DNA of 64,000 nt from an uncultured virus (IMG/VR IMGVR_UViG_3300042466_001016). Lineage: Duplodnaviria > Heunggongvirae > Uroviricota > Caudoviricetes. Both the position numbers and the translations under genes were made by a program. This document shows, piece after piece, positions 55,971-64,000 of this stretch (its first letter is position 1; each line of letters starts with the position of its first letter). Under the pieces are notes generated by a model. The model saw only the letters and a program-made list of their open reading frames with translations. It did not search any database and had not been told where the DNA came from. The stretch lies in IMG/VR virus record IMGVR_UViG_3300042466_001016, one strand, 5' to 3'.

Positions 55971-56924
55971 TTAAAATTCTTCTTCAAATATACCATCAAT
56001 CGATGTTGGAATATCTACTCTAGTATACTCACCTTCTCTTTTTTCAAAAAAATTATTTTTTGACGATAAACCAATACGTGACATATATTCCAATGGGTTT
56101 GTTACTTTGAATTCAGTTTCACAACCAAAATCATTAAGTACAATATCAGTAACATATTGAACGTATTTGACCATGTCTTCTTTGGTGATTCCTTGCAATC
56201 CATCTGGTGTACTTTCTTCAACAAAGGTTTTTTCCACATCATAACAATTTAAAACAACTTTTCTAATTTCTTCTTTGGATAACTTGTAATCGTCTTTTAA
56301 ATAGTTATTATACAAGTTCAAAGCAAATTCATAATGAAACGTTTCATCTCTAAGAATAAGTTCATTCATGGCTCCAAGACCTGGCATCTTATTACGGCTT
56401 CTAAACCAGAACACACCAGAGAATACGCTTGAAAAAGCAATTCCCTCAACACAAGCAAAAGCCAGTAATCTGTGAGCAAATGACGGATGTTGAATCCAAT
56501 TTTCAGCCCATTCAGCTTTTTTGGCAACCGCTATGTTTGTTTCCATTGAATTGAATAGCTCATCCTTTTCATGTAAATTTTTGATATACGTATCAATCAA
56601 TAAAGAATACCCATTGGCGTGAACTTGTTCAATAAAGGTCTGATGACCATAAAAATATTGAGCCTCAAGCAATTCAACCTCATTTAAGAAGTTTGTGGCT
56701 AGGTTATCAATAACCAAACCATCAGAAATAGCAAAAAATGCCAATATGTTTTTTAGATAAATTTTTTCATTATCTTTTAACTCATCAAATTTATCTTTGC
56801 TTAAATCAATTTCTTCAGCTACCCAAGTTTGCGACTCGGCTTTTTTATACATTTGCCATAAATCATCATTTATGATTGGAAAAATGGAATAACGTTTTTT
56901 TAAATTTTTATCTTTTAAATACAT
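55971..56924 (-). CDS. nrdB: Ribonucleotide reductase class Ia beta subunit (start likely MYLKD at 56924)
   Basis: W..EEIDLS.D, FFAISD, E.VH..GY, VEGIAFS..F, NELILRDE..H, NFFEKR..EY. Confidence 0.95.
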   Translation of the reverse strand: MYLKDKNLKKRYSIFPIINDDLWQMYKKAESQTWVAEEIDLSKDKFDELKDNEKIYLKNILAFFAISDGLVIDNLATNFLNEVELLEAQYFYGHQTFIEQVHANGYSLLIDTYIKNLHEKDELFNSMETNIAVAKKAEWAENWIQHPSFAHRLLAFACVEGIAFSSVFSGVFWFRSRNKMPGLGAMNELILRDETFHYEFALNLYNNYLKDDYKLSKEEIRKVVLNCYDVEKTFVEESTPDGLQGITKEDMVKYVQYVTDIVLNDFGCETEFKVTNPLEYMSRIGLSSKNNFFEKREGEYTRVDIPTSIDGIFEEEF

Positions 56925-56934
56925 TTTTTTTATT

Positions 56935-58359
56935 TTAATTGTTTGGTTGCACTCCATTAAGTGCTTCTTTTCTGTTTTTCATAGATTCTAAAACTGCGTT
57001 TACTCTTAATTGTTCAGAGTCTTTTGTGTCTTGTTTGAATTCTGTTCTTGTTCTACCACCCTTGCTTTGACCCATATCAATTTGAATCTTGGCATTATCG
57101 AAAGTAATATCTTCAAATACAACACCATCCTTACCAAAACGTGATTTAAGGATAGCCATTGTTGCGGTACCGTTTTCTTTTTGGTCTAAGTTTTTTGCTA
57201 TTGATACTATAAAGTGACCTATTTGTCCTTTCTTGATTGAACCACCCATTTGGTTTGCCTCTACTACGCTTGCACCTATAGAACTTCTATTGCCTTGTAC
57301 AGCTGTCCACCCAACTAGGTCAAATTCAACAAGCATTGATTCAAATTGTCTCATTACATTACCTTCACCAGCATATACATCATCGAAATGTTTTGAAGGT
57401 TGAACCACATCTATGTAATCCAATAATACCATGTCTGGTCTAAACCCTTCTGCTATAAGCTTTCTGATATATTGTCTAATAATAGGAATAGTAGTACCAT
57501 CACTAGGAAATTTTTTTAATTTTATTATACCACCACCTTCTTTTGAAGCAATTTGTTTTTCACGACATAAACCCATAATTTCTTCTTTGTGAATTGATAA
57601 ATTGTTCAATTCAATCCCAGTCCAACAAGCCAAGTGTTTTCTTTGAATTACCTTTGGGTTGTCTTCAAAAAATATTTGTAAAACATTATGACCATCGTTT
57701 TTAGCAGTGTTTGCCAATTTGGTAATCATGGTCGTTTTTCCAACCCCAAAAGCAGCCAAAATAACACCCAATTCTCCCTTTGATAAACCACCATCCATGT
57801 ATTCATCTAAACCGTTGATACCTGTCCTAATTGGTTTTCTGAAATCGTCCATCAACACATCTTTTATGTTATCAAAGACATCCATACCATCGTCTTTGCT
57901 ATCGCCGTGCTCTATGGCTTTTTTTAAGATTTCTTCACATTCATCATACCTTTCAATATCACCAGTATCAATAATCTTTTGGATTTGTTTTATTGATTTT
58001 TTTAGCTCTTGTTGCTTACAGAATTTCATTGCAATATCTTGCACCTTTAATGTATCATATAAACTAGCTTCTTTTACCCTAGCAAGTTGTTTGATTACAA
58101 ATTTTTGTTGTACATCGTCTTTTATATCTTCTAACAATCTAAATTCGATGCTACCCATGTCTGGAACAATATCGTCTTTAACTTTGGCATCTTTTATAAC
58201 AGCCGCCATTACCTTCATATAGGGGTCCTCAAAATAATTAGGGTCAATTATATCAATTATTGAGTTGGCGAAACGTGTATCTGTTAAGATTTGAGCCATT
58301 AATCTTAGTTGATAATCGTAACCTAAATACCCTAAATTATCTTTATTTATTTTTGCCAT
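56935..58359 (-). CDS. dnaB: Replicative DnaB-like (T4 gp41-like) helicase
   Basis: TGINGLD...GGL..GELGVILAAFGVGKT, FFE, LDYID, WTAVQGNR, ILKSRFG. Confidence 0.92.
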   Translation of the reverse strand: MAKINKDNLGYLGYDYQLRLMAQILTDTRFANSIIDIIDPNYFEDPYMKVMAAVIKDAKVKDDIVPDMGSIEFRLLEDIKDDVQQKFVIKQLARVKEASLYDTLKVQDIAMKFCKQQELKKSIKQIQKIIDTGDIERYDECEEILKKAIEHGDSKDDGMDVFDNIKDVLMDDFRKPIRTGINGLDEYMDGGLSKGELGVILAAFGVGKTTMITKLANTAKNDGHNVLQIFFEDNPKVIQRKHLACWTGIELNNLSIHKEEIMGLCREKQIASKEGGGIIKLKKFPSDGTTIPIIRQYIRKLIAEGFRPDMVLLDYIDVVQPSKHFDDVYAGEGNVMRQFESMLVEFDLVGWTAVQGNRSSIGASVVEANQMGGSIKKGQIGHFIVSIAKNLDQKENGTATMAILKSRFGKDGVVFEDITFDNAKIQIDMGQSKGGRTRTEFKQDTKDSEQLRVNAVLESMKNRKEALNGVQPNN

Positions 58360-58413
58360 TAGTTATATTTAACTTTAAAAAACATGTTATAATAAATATC
58401 TAAAAACGTTAGC

Positions 58414-58914
58414 TTAGGCTAACACTTTAGTATATTTTTTTTGACTCAAGAAATAACGTATCTCACCCATAATTAATGGAATGATTTCTTTGATGTCAAC
58501 AGCATATCTAACTTTTGGTGGGAAGAAATTACCAGAAAACATTGATTTTCCAACCATTTTCTTATCTATTTTGATTTCAAATTGAAAGTTGTCAATTCTT
58601 TCGAAAATATTTCTTGGTATTTGGTCTTGGTTAGAAGAATACATGTTATGATAACCCCATAAGTAATCAATAGCTTTGTTTTTTAGGTGTTTAGGTATGA
58701 TACCCATTTCACCATATGAACCCATACTCATACTACAAATAGAATCCATCAAATTTTTCATTTCTAAAGATGAAATAGATTCTTCGTTAAAGTCACGGAT
58801 GTCAAAATACCGTTGGCAGATGATTTTGTTGTTAATGTAAAGAATAAATTCGAATCTTTGTTCTTGAATTTTTTTAGGTTCGAAAGTTGTTTTGTTTGAT
58901 GGATTTGTTGTCAT
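58414..58914 (-). CDS. Hypothetical protein (start likely MTTNP at 58914)
   Basis: ORF 58414-58983; longer start overlaps the exonuclease gene. Confidence 0.7.
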   Translation of the reverse strand: MTTNPSNKTTFEPKKIQEQRFEFILYINNKIICQRYFDIRDFNEESISSLEMKNLMDSICSMSMGSYGEMGIIPKHLKNKAIDYLWGYHNMYSSNQDQIPRNIFERIDNFQFEIKIDKKMVGKSMFSGNFFPPKVRYAVDIKEIIPLIMGEIRYFLSQKKYTKVLA

Positions 58915-58930
58915 CGTTTTGTTTTTATAA

Positions 58931-59980
58931 TTAAAAAATATTTTCTCTATTGATAAGTTTTTTGAACGGAAATAAGAAGTCATTGAATCTTGCCTCGCCT
59001 AGTGACTTATCTAACCCATCTCTTTTCATCATACTAAAAACATTCTTAAGTTCTCGGCCAGATGAGTCAAGGGTACCTTCTATTAAATGTTTTATCTCTC
59101 TTATTCCGTCTTCAGTCATCATTGGTTGATTCAGATTAACAAGTCGTTCATTTATTTCATAAATCTTGTCTTTTTGAACACCATCAGTTATTTTGTTTAT
59201 GATATTATCCAATATCTTAAGAGGTTTCTTTTTGTTTTCGATTCGTTCTAATTGTTGTTTTTTCGCATTGTCTATTATTTCATTTAAAGTTACTTTTCTT
59301 TCTTTCAATTCTGGGAATAATTTAACCAACGTATCTTCACCTAAACCTTTTATACCTTTGATTGTATCACTGGTATCACCCACCATAGTTTTCATAAGAA
59401 CTGAATTACCTTGGTGAAAACAAAAGTACGAAGAATAATTGGATAAACCAACATATTCTTTTAAATCTAAGAAATAAATACGTATGTCGTTGGATATGAG
59501 TTGTAAAAAATCACGGTCTGTTGACACGATGGTTATTTTTTCGTTCACCCGTTTGTTTAGACAACAGTATGCTATGAAATCATCACTTTCAATAATCTCG
59601 TGCTTTAGCTGTCTTACATACATTTCACTTAAATATTCCCAAACAACCCTACGTTGCTGTAATTCTGATTCGTCTATTGGGTGAGTTCCGTTTATATAGT
59701 CTTTGCCCCTACCACTCTTATATGGCTCGTAAATATCATATCTAAGTTTACCACTTAGGTTACCGTCCCAGAACACATATACTCTGTGGTATAAATCATC
59801 AATTAATAACTTTCTAAGTATTGTTAGGAACGCATATAAACCACCAATGTGTTGACCATGCTCGTTGTATGTATTTTTAGCACCGAAAAAGCCATGTTTA
59901 AACAAGGCATTTCCGTCTACTAAAAGTGTGTTTTGTGTCTTCTCAACGATTTCACCATTACGTGGTGGTCTTCTATTCAC
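58931..59980 (-). CDS. 5'-3' exonuclease / flap endonuclease (PolA N-terminal, T4 RNase H-like)
   Basis: LLVDGN, FWDG, YK.GR, ESDDFIA, STDRDFLQL, GDTSD.IKGIKGLGE.T. Confidence 0.92.
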   Translation of the reverse strand: MNRRPPRNGEIVEKTQNTLLVDGNALFKHGFFGAKNTYNEHGQHIGGLYAFLTILRKLLIDDLYHRVYVFWDGNLSGKLRYDIYEPYKSGRGKDYINGTHPIDESELQQRRVVWEYLSEMYVRQLKHEIIESDDFIAYCCLNKRVNEKITIVSTDRDFLQLISNDIRIYFLDLKEYVGLSNYSSYFCFHQGNSVLMKTMVGDTSDTIKGIKGLGEDTLVKLFPELKERKVTLNEIIDNAKKQQLERIENKKKPLKILDNIINKITDGVQKDKIYEINERLVNLNQPMMTEDGIREIKHLIEGTLDSSGRELKNVFSMMKRDGLDKSLGEARFNDFLFPFKKLINRENIF

Positions 59981-60000
59981 ATTATTATATTAAAGGGTTA

Positions 60001-61125
60001 TTACTCTTTTTCGTATGCGTTCGTATCTAAATCATATTCTTTGATATCGAAGTCGTCAAAGTTTGTGTTTAGTTTTTTGTTGATAAAATCTTTTTGTTCT
60101 TTTACATAGTTATTCTTTTCACTTGGATTAATAAAACCATGTGGTGTTGAACAAATACTACCCATTAACTCAATACCATTTACGTGATTTTTCACACACT
60201 CGATATCAGTCATCACACCAAATTGATAATCTTTACCACCTTGCGTTGCACTAAGTTTCTTGGCACTAGATGTAGACTTACCACCCATGTGGAATATCAT
60301 ACGTACACCATATTTGAAACCTTCACCACCATTGTGCATGATTGTTGGTTGCCCTACAGCGTTTGGTCTTAACCAAATCTTTTGTACCACAACGAATGTG
60401 TTGATATAAGGAGCACCTTCTCTTCTTGATGCTGGAATTCTGTAATTAAGAATTGATTCAAATTCTCTTTTTAAAGCACCAGCGGTCCACATGTTGTTAT
60501 TTGTGTTTGACATAGCACCTTGGTAACAACCAATTGAACCAATTGAATCCCAAAGAAATGTAATATTGTGAGGGAATTCACCCTTAGCTTGTTTGTCAAG
60601 AATTTCATTGATTAATTTAGCGATATCTTCAACCACTGGAATAAATCTTTGTGGTTCTGTTTTCATCTTGGCATCTTTGTAATCATAGTTTTGATACAAA
60701 GCTAATAAATCACTACCGCCAAAGTACATAAAATCTGGTCCATCATAATCAACAACTACACCATCTTCATCAATAATTTCTTCAAATTTAAAACCCACTA
60801 ATTTAGCGTGTTCCCAGTTAAAACTACCTTCAGTGTCAATGATGATACAATAATCACCTAATTTTTGTGCACCAGCTAACGATTCATAAATACCTGTTGA
60901 TTTACCAACATCAGAGAACCCTCTAAATTGCGTTGTATACCCACGAGGAACTCCAGGGACACCCACCGCATCATGAAACGCTTTTTTAAAAGGTATCCAC
61001 GTTAATTCTTTTTCTTTTACAACTTGCGAACCTAAACCCAAGTTCTTTTTAAATGACGTGTTGTCAAATGATTTTTTTCCGATTGACTCTGTTTTTTCAC
61101 CAGTTTTGCTTGGTTTCTTACTCAT
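60001..61125 (-). CDS. RecA/UvsX-like recombinase
   Basis: GVPRG, Walker A GFSDVGKST, IDTEGS, Walker B FLWDSIG, GGEG, KNH. Confidence 0.88.
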   Translation of the reverse strand: MSKKPSKTGEKTESIGKKSFDNTSFKKNLGLGSQVVKEKELTWIPFKKAFHDAVGVPGVPRGYTTQFRGFSDVGKSTGIYESLAGAQKLGDYCIIIDTEGSFNWEHAKLVGFKFEEIIDEDGVVVDYDGPDFMYFGGSDLLALYQNYDYKDAKMKTEPQRFIPVVEDIAKLINEILDKQAKGEFPHNITFLWDSIGSIGCYQGAMSNTNNNMWTAGALKREFESILNYRIPASRREGAPYINTFVVVQKIWLRPNAVGQPTIMHNGGEGFKYGVRMIFHMGGKSTSSAKKLSATQGGKDYQFGVMTDIECVKNHVNGIELMGSICSTPHGFINPSEKNNYVKEQKDFINKKLNTNFDDFDIKEYDLDTNAYEKE

Positions 61126-61160
61126 TTTATAATAATTTTATTTTTGTTATTTTCTAGTAC

Positions 61161-61185
61161 AAAAAAAGGAGATTTCTCTCCTTTC
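61161..61185 (-). terminator. Possible terminator after ssb
   Basis: AAAAAAAGGAGA-TTTC-TCTCCTTT hairpin. Confidence 0.6.
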
Positions 61186-61207
61186 CTTGTTTAATGTAAA
61201 ACACTAA

Positions 61208-62104
61208 TTAAAATGGGAGGTCATCGACTTCATCTTCAGTAGATGTTGTAATTGGGTTCAAAGTTGTTGTAACAGTTTTTACACCAGCTTTTACATTTTC
61301 AACACCTAGTGTCAACTCACTATTCAAATTATTATCTTCTTCAGTTGCAGCTAAAGATACCTTATCAACAAAACATTTATTCTCTTTGTCCCACGCTGGA
61401 GTTCCACCTTTTACGATGATTTCCAAGTAGTCGTAAGTTTTAACAGCATAAACATCTTCCCATGTTCTTGTATCGGCCAACCATTCAGCTGATTGTGTTG
61501 CATCTTCAGAAAGCGGTGATGGGTCCAATGAAGCAACAGCAGATACAACTGGAACATTGTTTTGATTTCTATTGATACTCAACACAAGGTCACGACCAGT
61601 TTCAGCATTCGTAATGTCTTTTTTAATCGCATTAACAACACCTATGATTTTGTCATAGATACCTTCTTTACGATAGTCATGGTTAAATCTCCAGAATTTA
61701 ACACCTTCTTCTTGGTTCTCTCTGTCAATTACTTTGACGATATACATCAATTTGGCGTTGTATTTTTTAGCTAATTCTTTATCAGTATCTTTGCCAGTAG
61801 ATAATAAAGCTGCACGAGCTTCGCAGAACGGACAAGCTTCATTTTTTTCATGTTGTAAACACGCAAATGTTTTCCATTCACCATCAACTTGGATTTTATG
61901 ACCATAAAATTCTGTGAATGCTGTGCCCTTTGCAACTGGAAGGATTCTGATTGTTTTTGTTGCAGACTTAACACCTTCTTTAATAAAGGTATTAAAATAA
62001 TTTTTAAGGTCGTAAACCTTATCAGTTTTCTTTTCGTACTTGGGTTTGTTGTTGGCCTCGTACTGTTCTAGCATAGCTATTAGTGGGTTTTGTTCTGTAC
62101 TCAT
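61208..62104 (-). CDS. Single-stranded DNA-binding protein, T4 gp32-like
   Basis: TIRILP, H..C..CPFC zinc ligands, VKVIDR, GVKFW, TGRDL, acidic tail ending DDLPF. Confidence 0.85.
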   Translation of the reverse strand: MSTEQNPLIAMLEQYEANNKPKYEKKTDKVYDLKNYFNTFIKEGVKSATKTIRILPVAKGTAFTEFYGHKIQVDGEWKTFACLQHEKNEACPFCEARAALLSTGKDTDKELAKKYNAKLMYIVKVIDRENQEEGVKFWRFNHDYRKEGIYDKIIGVVNAIKKDITNAETGRDLVLSINRNQNNVPVVSAVASLDPSPLSEDATQSAEWLADTRTWEDVYAVKTYDYLEIIVKGGTPAWDKENKCFVDKVSLAATEEDNNLNSELTLGVENVKAGVKTVTTTLNPITTSTEDEVDDLPF

Positions 62105-62156
62105 TTTTTCTTTTTTTTGTTTATATATAATTGTTATTTTTCTCTTTTAGTTATTA

Positions 62157-62271
62157 CAAATATACGATATTATCTGTAAAAGTCAAGCAAAATCTACAAC
62201 TAAATTTTACCCAAAAAGGCTTGTTTTAGCGGTATTTTTACAAAGATACGAATCATTTTTGGATATTGCAA
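62157..62271 (-). promoter_or_regulatory. Tandem sigma-A-type promoters for the ssb-recA replication operon
   Basis: TTG-N19-TATATTTG (62157-62186) and TTG-N20-TATCTTTG (62241-62271). Confidence 0.75.
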
Positions 62272-62300
62272 GTTGCCAAATAAAAATAACTTATAAAAAT

Positions 62301-62329
62301 AAAAAAGCCCCTAATTAGGAGCTTTTTTT
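62301..62329 (-). terminator. Intrinsic terminator
   Basis: AAAAAAGCCCCTA-AT-TAGGAGCTTTTTT. Confidence 0.75.
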
Positions 62330-62345
62330 ATTTGTGTATTTTTAT

Positions 62346-63110
62346 TTATACGTCTTCTTCGTCATAATCCCGTATGGTTTCTTCATCATAAGGATTATCA
62401 TTTATAGAAAATGATTTTCTAAGGTTGGCATCACTATATGATGAATCAACATCATCTTTGGTTAGCACATATTCTTTTGGTTTTTCTTTGCCCATGACAT
62501 CATAAGCACCTCCTTTGTCGGCCCAATAATCAGTTAATTTTTGATTGAAAGGATAAGAACTCAAAGACCTCATTTCCATTTTTTCAACTGGTGTGGGGTT
62601 GCGTTTGATGATTTCTTTTTCCAAACCTTCGATTTTATCAGAAATCTTGGACATACTAGCGACACGTGATTCTAAATCAGTTAATTTTTGTAAAAGCATT
62701 TCAGAGTTTTTACTAGCCATGTCAGCAGCACGTTTGGCTTCTTCTGAACCCTTTACCAAAGAAGTAACATCAACTTCAACATCATTACTAGCTGGAGCAG
62801 CTGGTTCTGGTGTAGGTTCTTCAGCTGGAGCATCTGGTTCTGGAATATCACTAGTAGATTCTTCACCATCAGCATCACCAGCATCAACACCCAAATCAGC
62901 GGCTACTTTATCAGCAGCACTATTTGCATTGTCTTCTGGTTTTAAATCACTTGGTGCTTCGTCAGCCTCTTCCAATTGTTCATAACCTAGTATAAGGTCT
63001 TTGTACTCTGGTATTTCTTTTTTTTCTTGGTAAAAATCATATTCAGTTAAGAATTTGAATTTTCCAATTTCTTCTTTCAATAATTCTGGGTTAAATTTTT
63101 TCTTTTTCAT
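62346..63110 (-). CDS. Acidic Pro/Ala-rich protein with coiled coil, probable prohead core/scaffold-type
   Basis: LLKEEI..F..L..Y N-terminus, LEE, EPDAPAEEPTPEP linker, EVEVDVT.LV, coiled coil. Confidence 0.6.
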   Translation of the reverse strand: MKKKKFNPELLKEEIGKFKFLTEYDFYQEKKEIPEYKDLILGYEQLEEADEAPSDLKPEDNANSAADKVAADLGVDAGDADGEESTSDIPEPDAPAEEPTPEPAAPASNDVEVDVTSLVKGSEEAKRAADMASKNSEMLLQKLTDLESRVASMSKISDKIEGLEKEIIKRNPTPVEKMEMRSLSSYPFNQKLTDYWADKGGAYDVMGKEKPKEYVLTKDDVDSSYSDANLRKSFSINDNPYDEETIRDYDEEDV

Positions 63111-63113
63111 AGA

Positions 63114-63314
63114 TTAAAATAATAATTGTCTTCCGTCTTCTGTTATTATCTTTTTATTGATTCGCTCAACTAGGCTCTTATCACCTTTTATGATACAAAC
63201 ACCAGAACTACAATCCATATCTGGATTTTGACCATTTTCTAACATAGCATCCAAGGCTTTATTTAAAACCTCAGCTTTTTTATCATCATTTTTTTTATTT
63301 ATTTTGTTTTCCAT
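63114..63314 (-). CDS. Hypothetical protein
   Basis: 66-aa ORF ending ERINKKIITEDGRQLLF; ATATTTAT motif at 63346-63353. Confidence 0.7.
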   Translation of the reverse strand: MENKINKKNDDKKAEVLNKALDAMLENGQNPDMDCSSGVCIIKGDKSLVERINKKIITEDGRQLLF

Positions 63315-63363
63315 AACTTATAATTTTATTGTCGTTATTTTTACTATAAATATCACGAATCTA

Positions 63364-63765
63364 TTAAAAAACCCTTTCAATGTTGAAAATGCCTAGCTCT
63401 TTACCGTTTATAAGTATGATTTTGTTTTGGTATTCATCCCAATTAATCTTAAATGACTTATAATCGGTATTTCCAGCTGAAGTACCCATGGTTTGGTCAA
63501 TAAGTTTATTAAGTGCGTTGATTGTATATAGGGCATTGCCCTTTTTGTGGATAGGGATAGCACTAGGGAATAAATCTTTTAGATTCATTCGCTTGCCTTC
63601 TGGTATTATCAATTTAAATGTTATAATAACCTTGGATTCATCATCTAGGTTTTTATAACAAAAAACTTTGTTTTTGGTAATATTAAATTTGGCCTCAAGG
63701 TATTCAAGGAACCATTCAACTCTCTCTGGAAATATGAATGAGGCTAGTAGTATTGTTTTGTCCAT
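63364..63765 (-). CDS. Hypothetical protein
   Basis: 133-aa ORF with IHKK...LYTINALN motif. Confidence 0.75.
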   Translation of the reverse strand: MDKTILLASFIFPERVEWFLEYLEAKFNITKNKVFCYKNLDDESKVIITFKLIIPEGKRMNLKDLFPSAIPIHKKGNALYTINALNKLIDQTMGTSAGNTDYKSFKINWDEYQNKIILINGKELGIFNIERVF

Positions 63766-64000
63766 TTCTTATCGAATATAAAAAAGGTAGATACCTTACT
63801 TTGTTATCCAAAGCCTCAATATTTTTTTTATATTCTATAAGTATCTTAGTTTCATCCAAAAAGACTCTACTAATTACGTTGATTCTACTTTTTATTTTGT
63901 TTGTGTCAATACCCATGAAACCCAATAGTTTCAAGTCAATTCCGAATATAAAACCCTCACCATAAACATATAACATTTGTTCATTTAAAAAAGCAATCGG
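63716..64000 (-). CDS. Hypothetical protein, 5' end probably outside the window
   Basis: Reading frame stays open from 64000 to the stop at 63716. Confidence 0.6.
   Translation of the reverse strand, partial: PIAFLNEQMLYVYGEGFIFGIDLKLLGFMGIDTNKIKSRINVISRVFLDETKILIEYKKNIEALDNKVRYLPFLYSIRNGQNNTTSLIHISRES

Noticed and set aside
53797..61125. Inteins or self-splicing introns in nrdA, nrdB, dnaB or recA
   Set aside because: ORFs are continuous, of normal or compact length, with no intein splice-junction or LAGLIDADG motifs seen.
1933..63965. Many 60-190 aa + strand ORFs antisense to long genes (e.g. 21554-22114, 57707-58222)
   Set aside because: They lie within well-supported - strand genes, have Ser/Ile/Phe-rich antisense composition and show no motifs.
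1..64000. Alternative genetic code (TAG/TGA recoding seen in some large phages)
   Set aside because: Conserved genes are full length in code 11, and TAG and TGA serve as normal stops (e.g. 7556, 34492, 6917).
1..64000. CRISPR array, tRNA or rRNA genes
   Set aside because: No regularly spaced repeats with unique spacers and no cloverleaf with T-loop consensus found by eye in the short intergenic regions; tRNAscan-SE was not run.

Overview
A 64-kb, very AT-rich, densely coding segment of a large T4-like (myovirus-type, probably jumbo) bacteriophage. Almost all genes are on the - strand, and the standard genetic code fits. The host is most likely Bacteroidota: there are many TTG-N19/20-TAnnTTTG promoters, plus Bacteroidota-type ClpP, short RpoD-like sigma factor and Hc1-like protein, and SprB-like repeats. 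From right to left (direction of transcription) it holds head-associated proteins; a replication/recombination block (gp32-like SSB, RecA/UvsX, 5'-3' exonuclease, DnaB, NrdB, NrdA); a baseplate/tail block (gp25, gp6-like wedge, large Cys-rich proteins, YadA-repeat fibre); RuvC, primase, GNAT, exonuclease, SbcD/SbcC and sigma factor; a membrane/amidase/spanin-like cluster; large acidic proteins, one with ArdC plus metallopeptidase domains; and an accessory region (Nudix, RNase HII, DUF2828/TROVE-like protein, DnaJ, ClpP). The best candidate for an undescribed system is a tight four-gene unit: dual-PAS histidine kinase, stand-alone response regulator, coiled-coil two-TM holin-like protein and GH19 endolysin, i.e. 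a possible sensor-gated lysis cassette. Second is a Ro60/TROVE-like gene followed directly by a ~150-nt end-paired structured RNA candidate. No tRNA, rRNA or CRISPR array was seen. All family calls come from reading motifs by eye; no database search was run.
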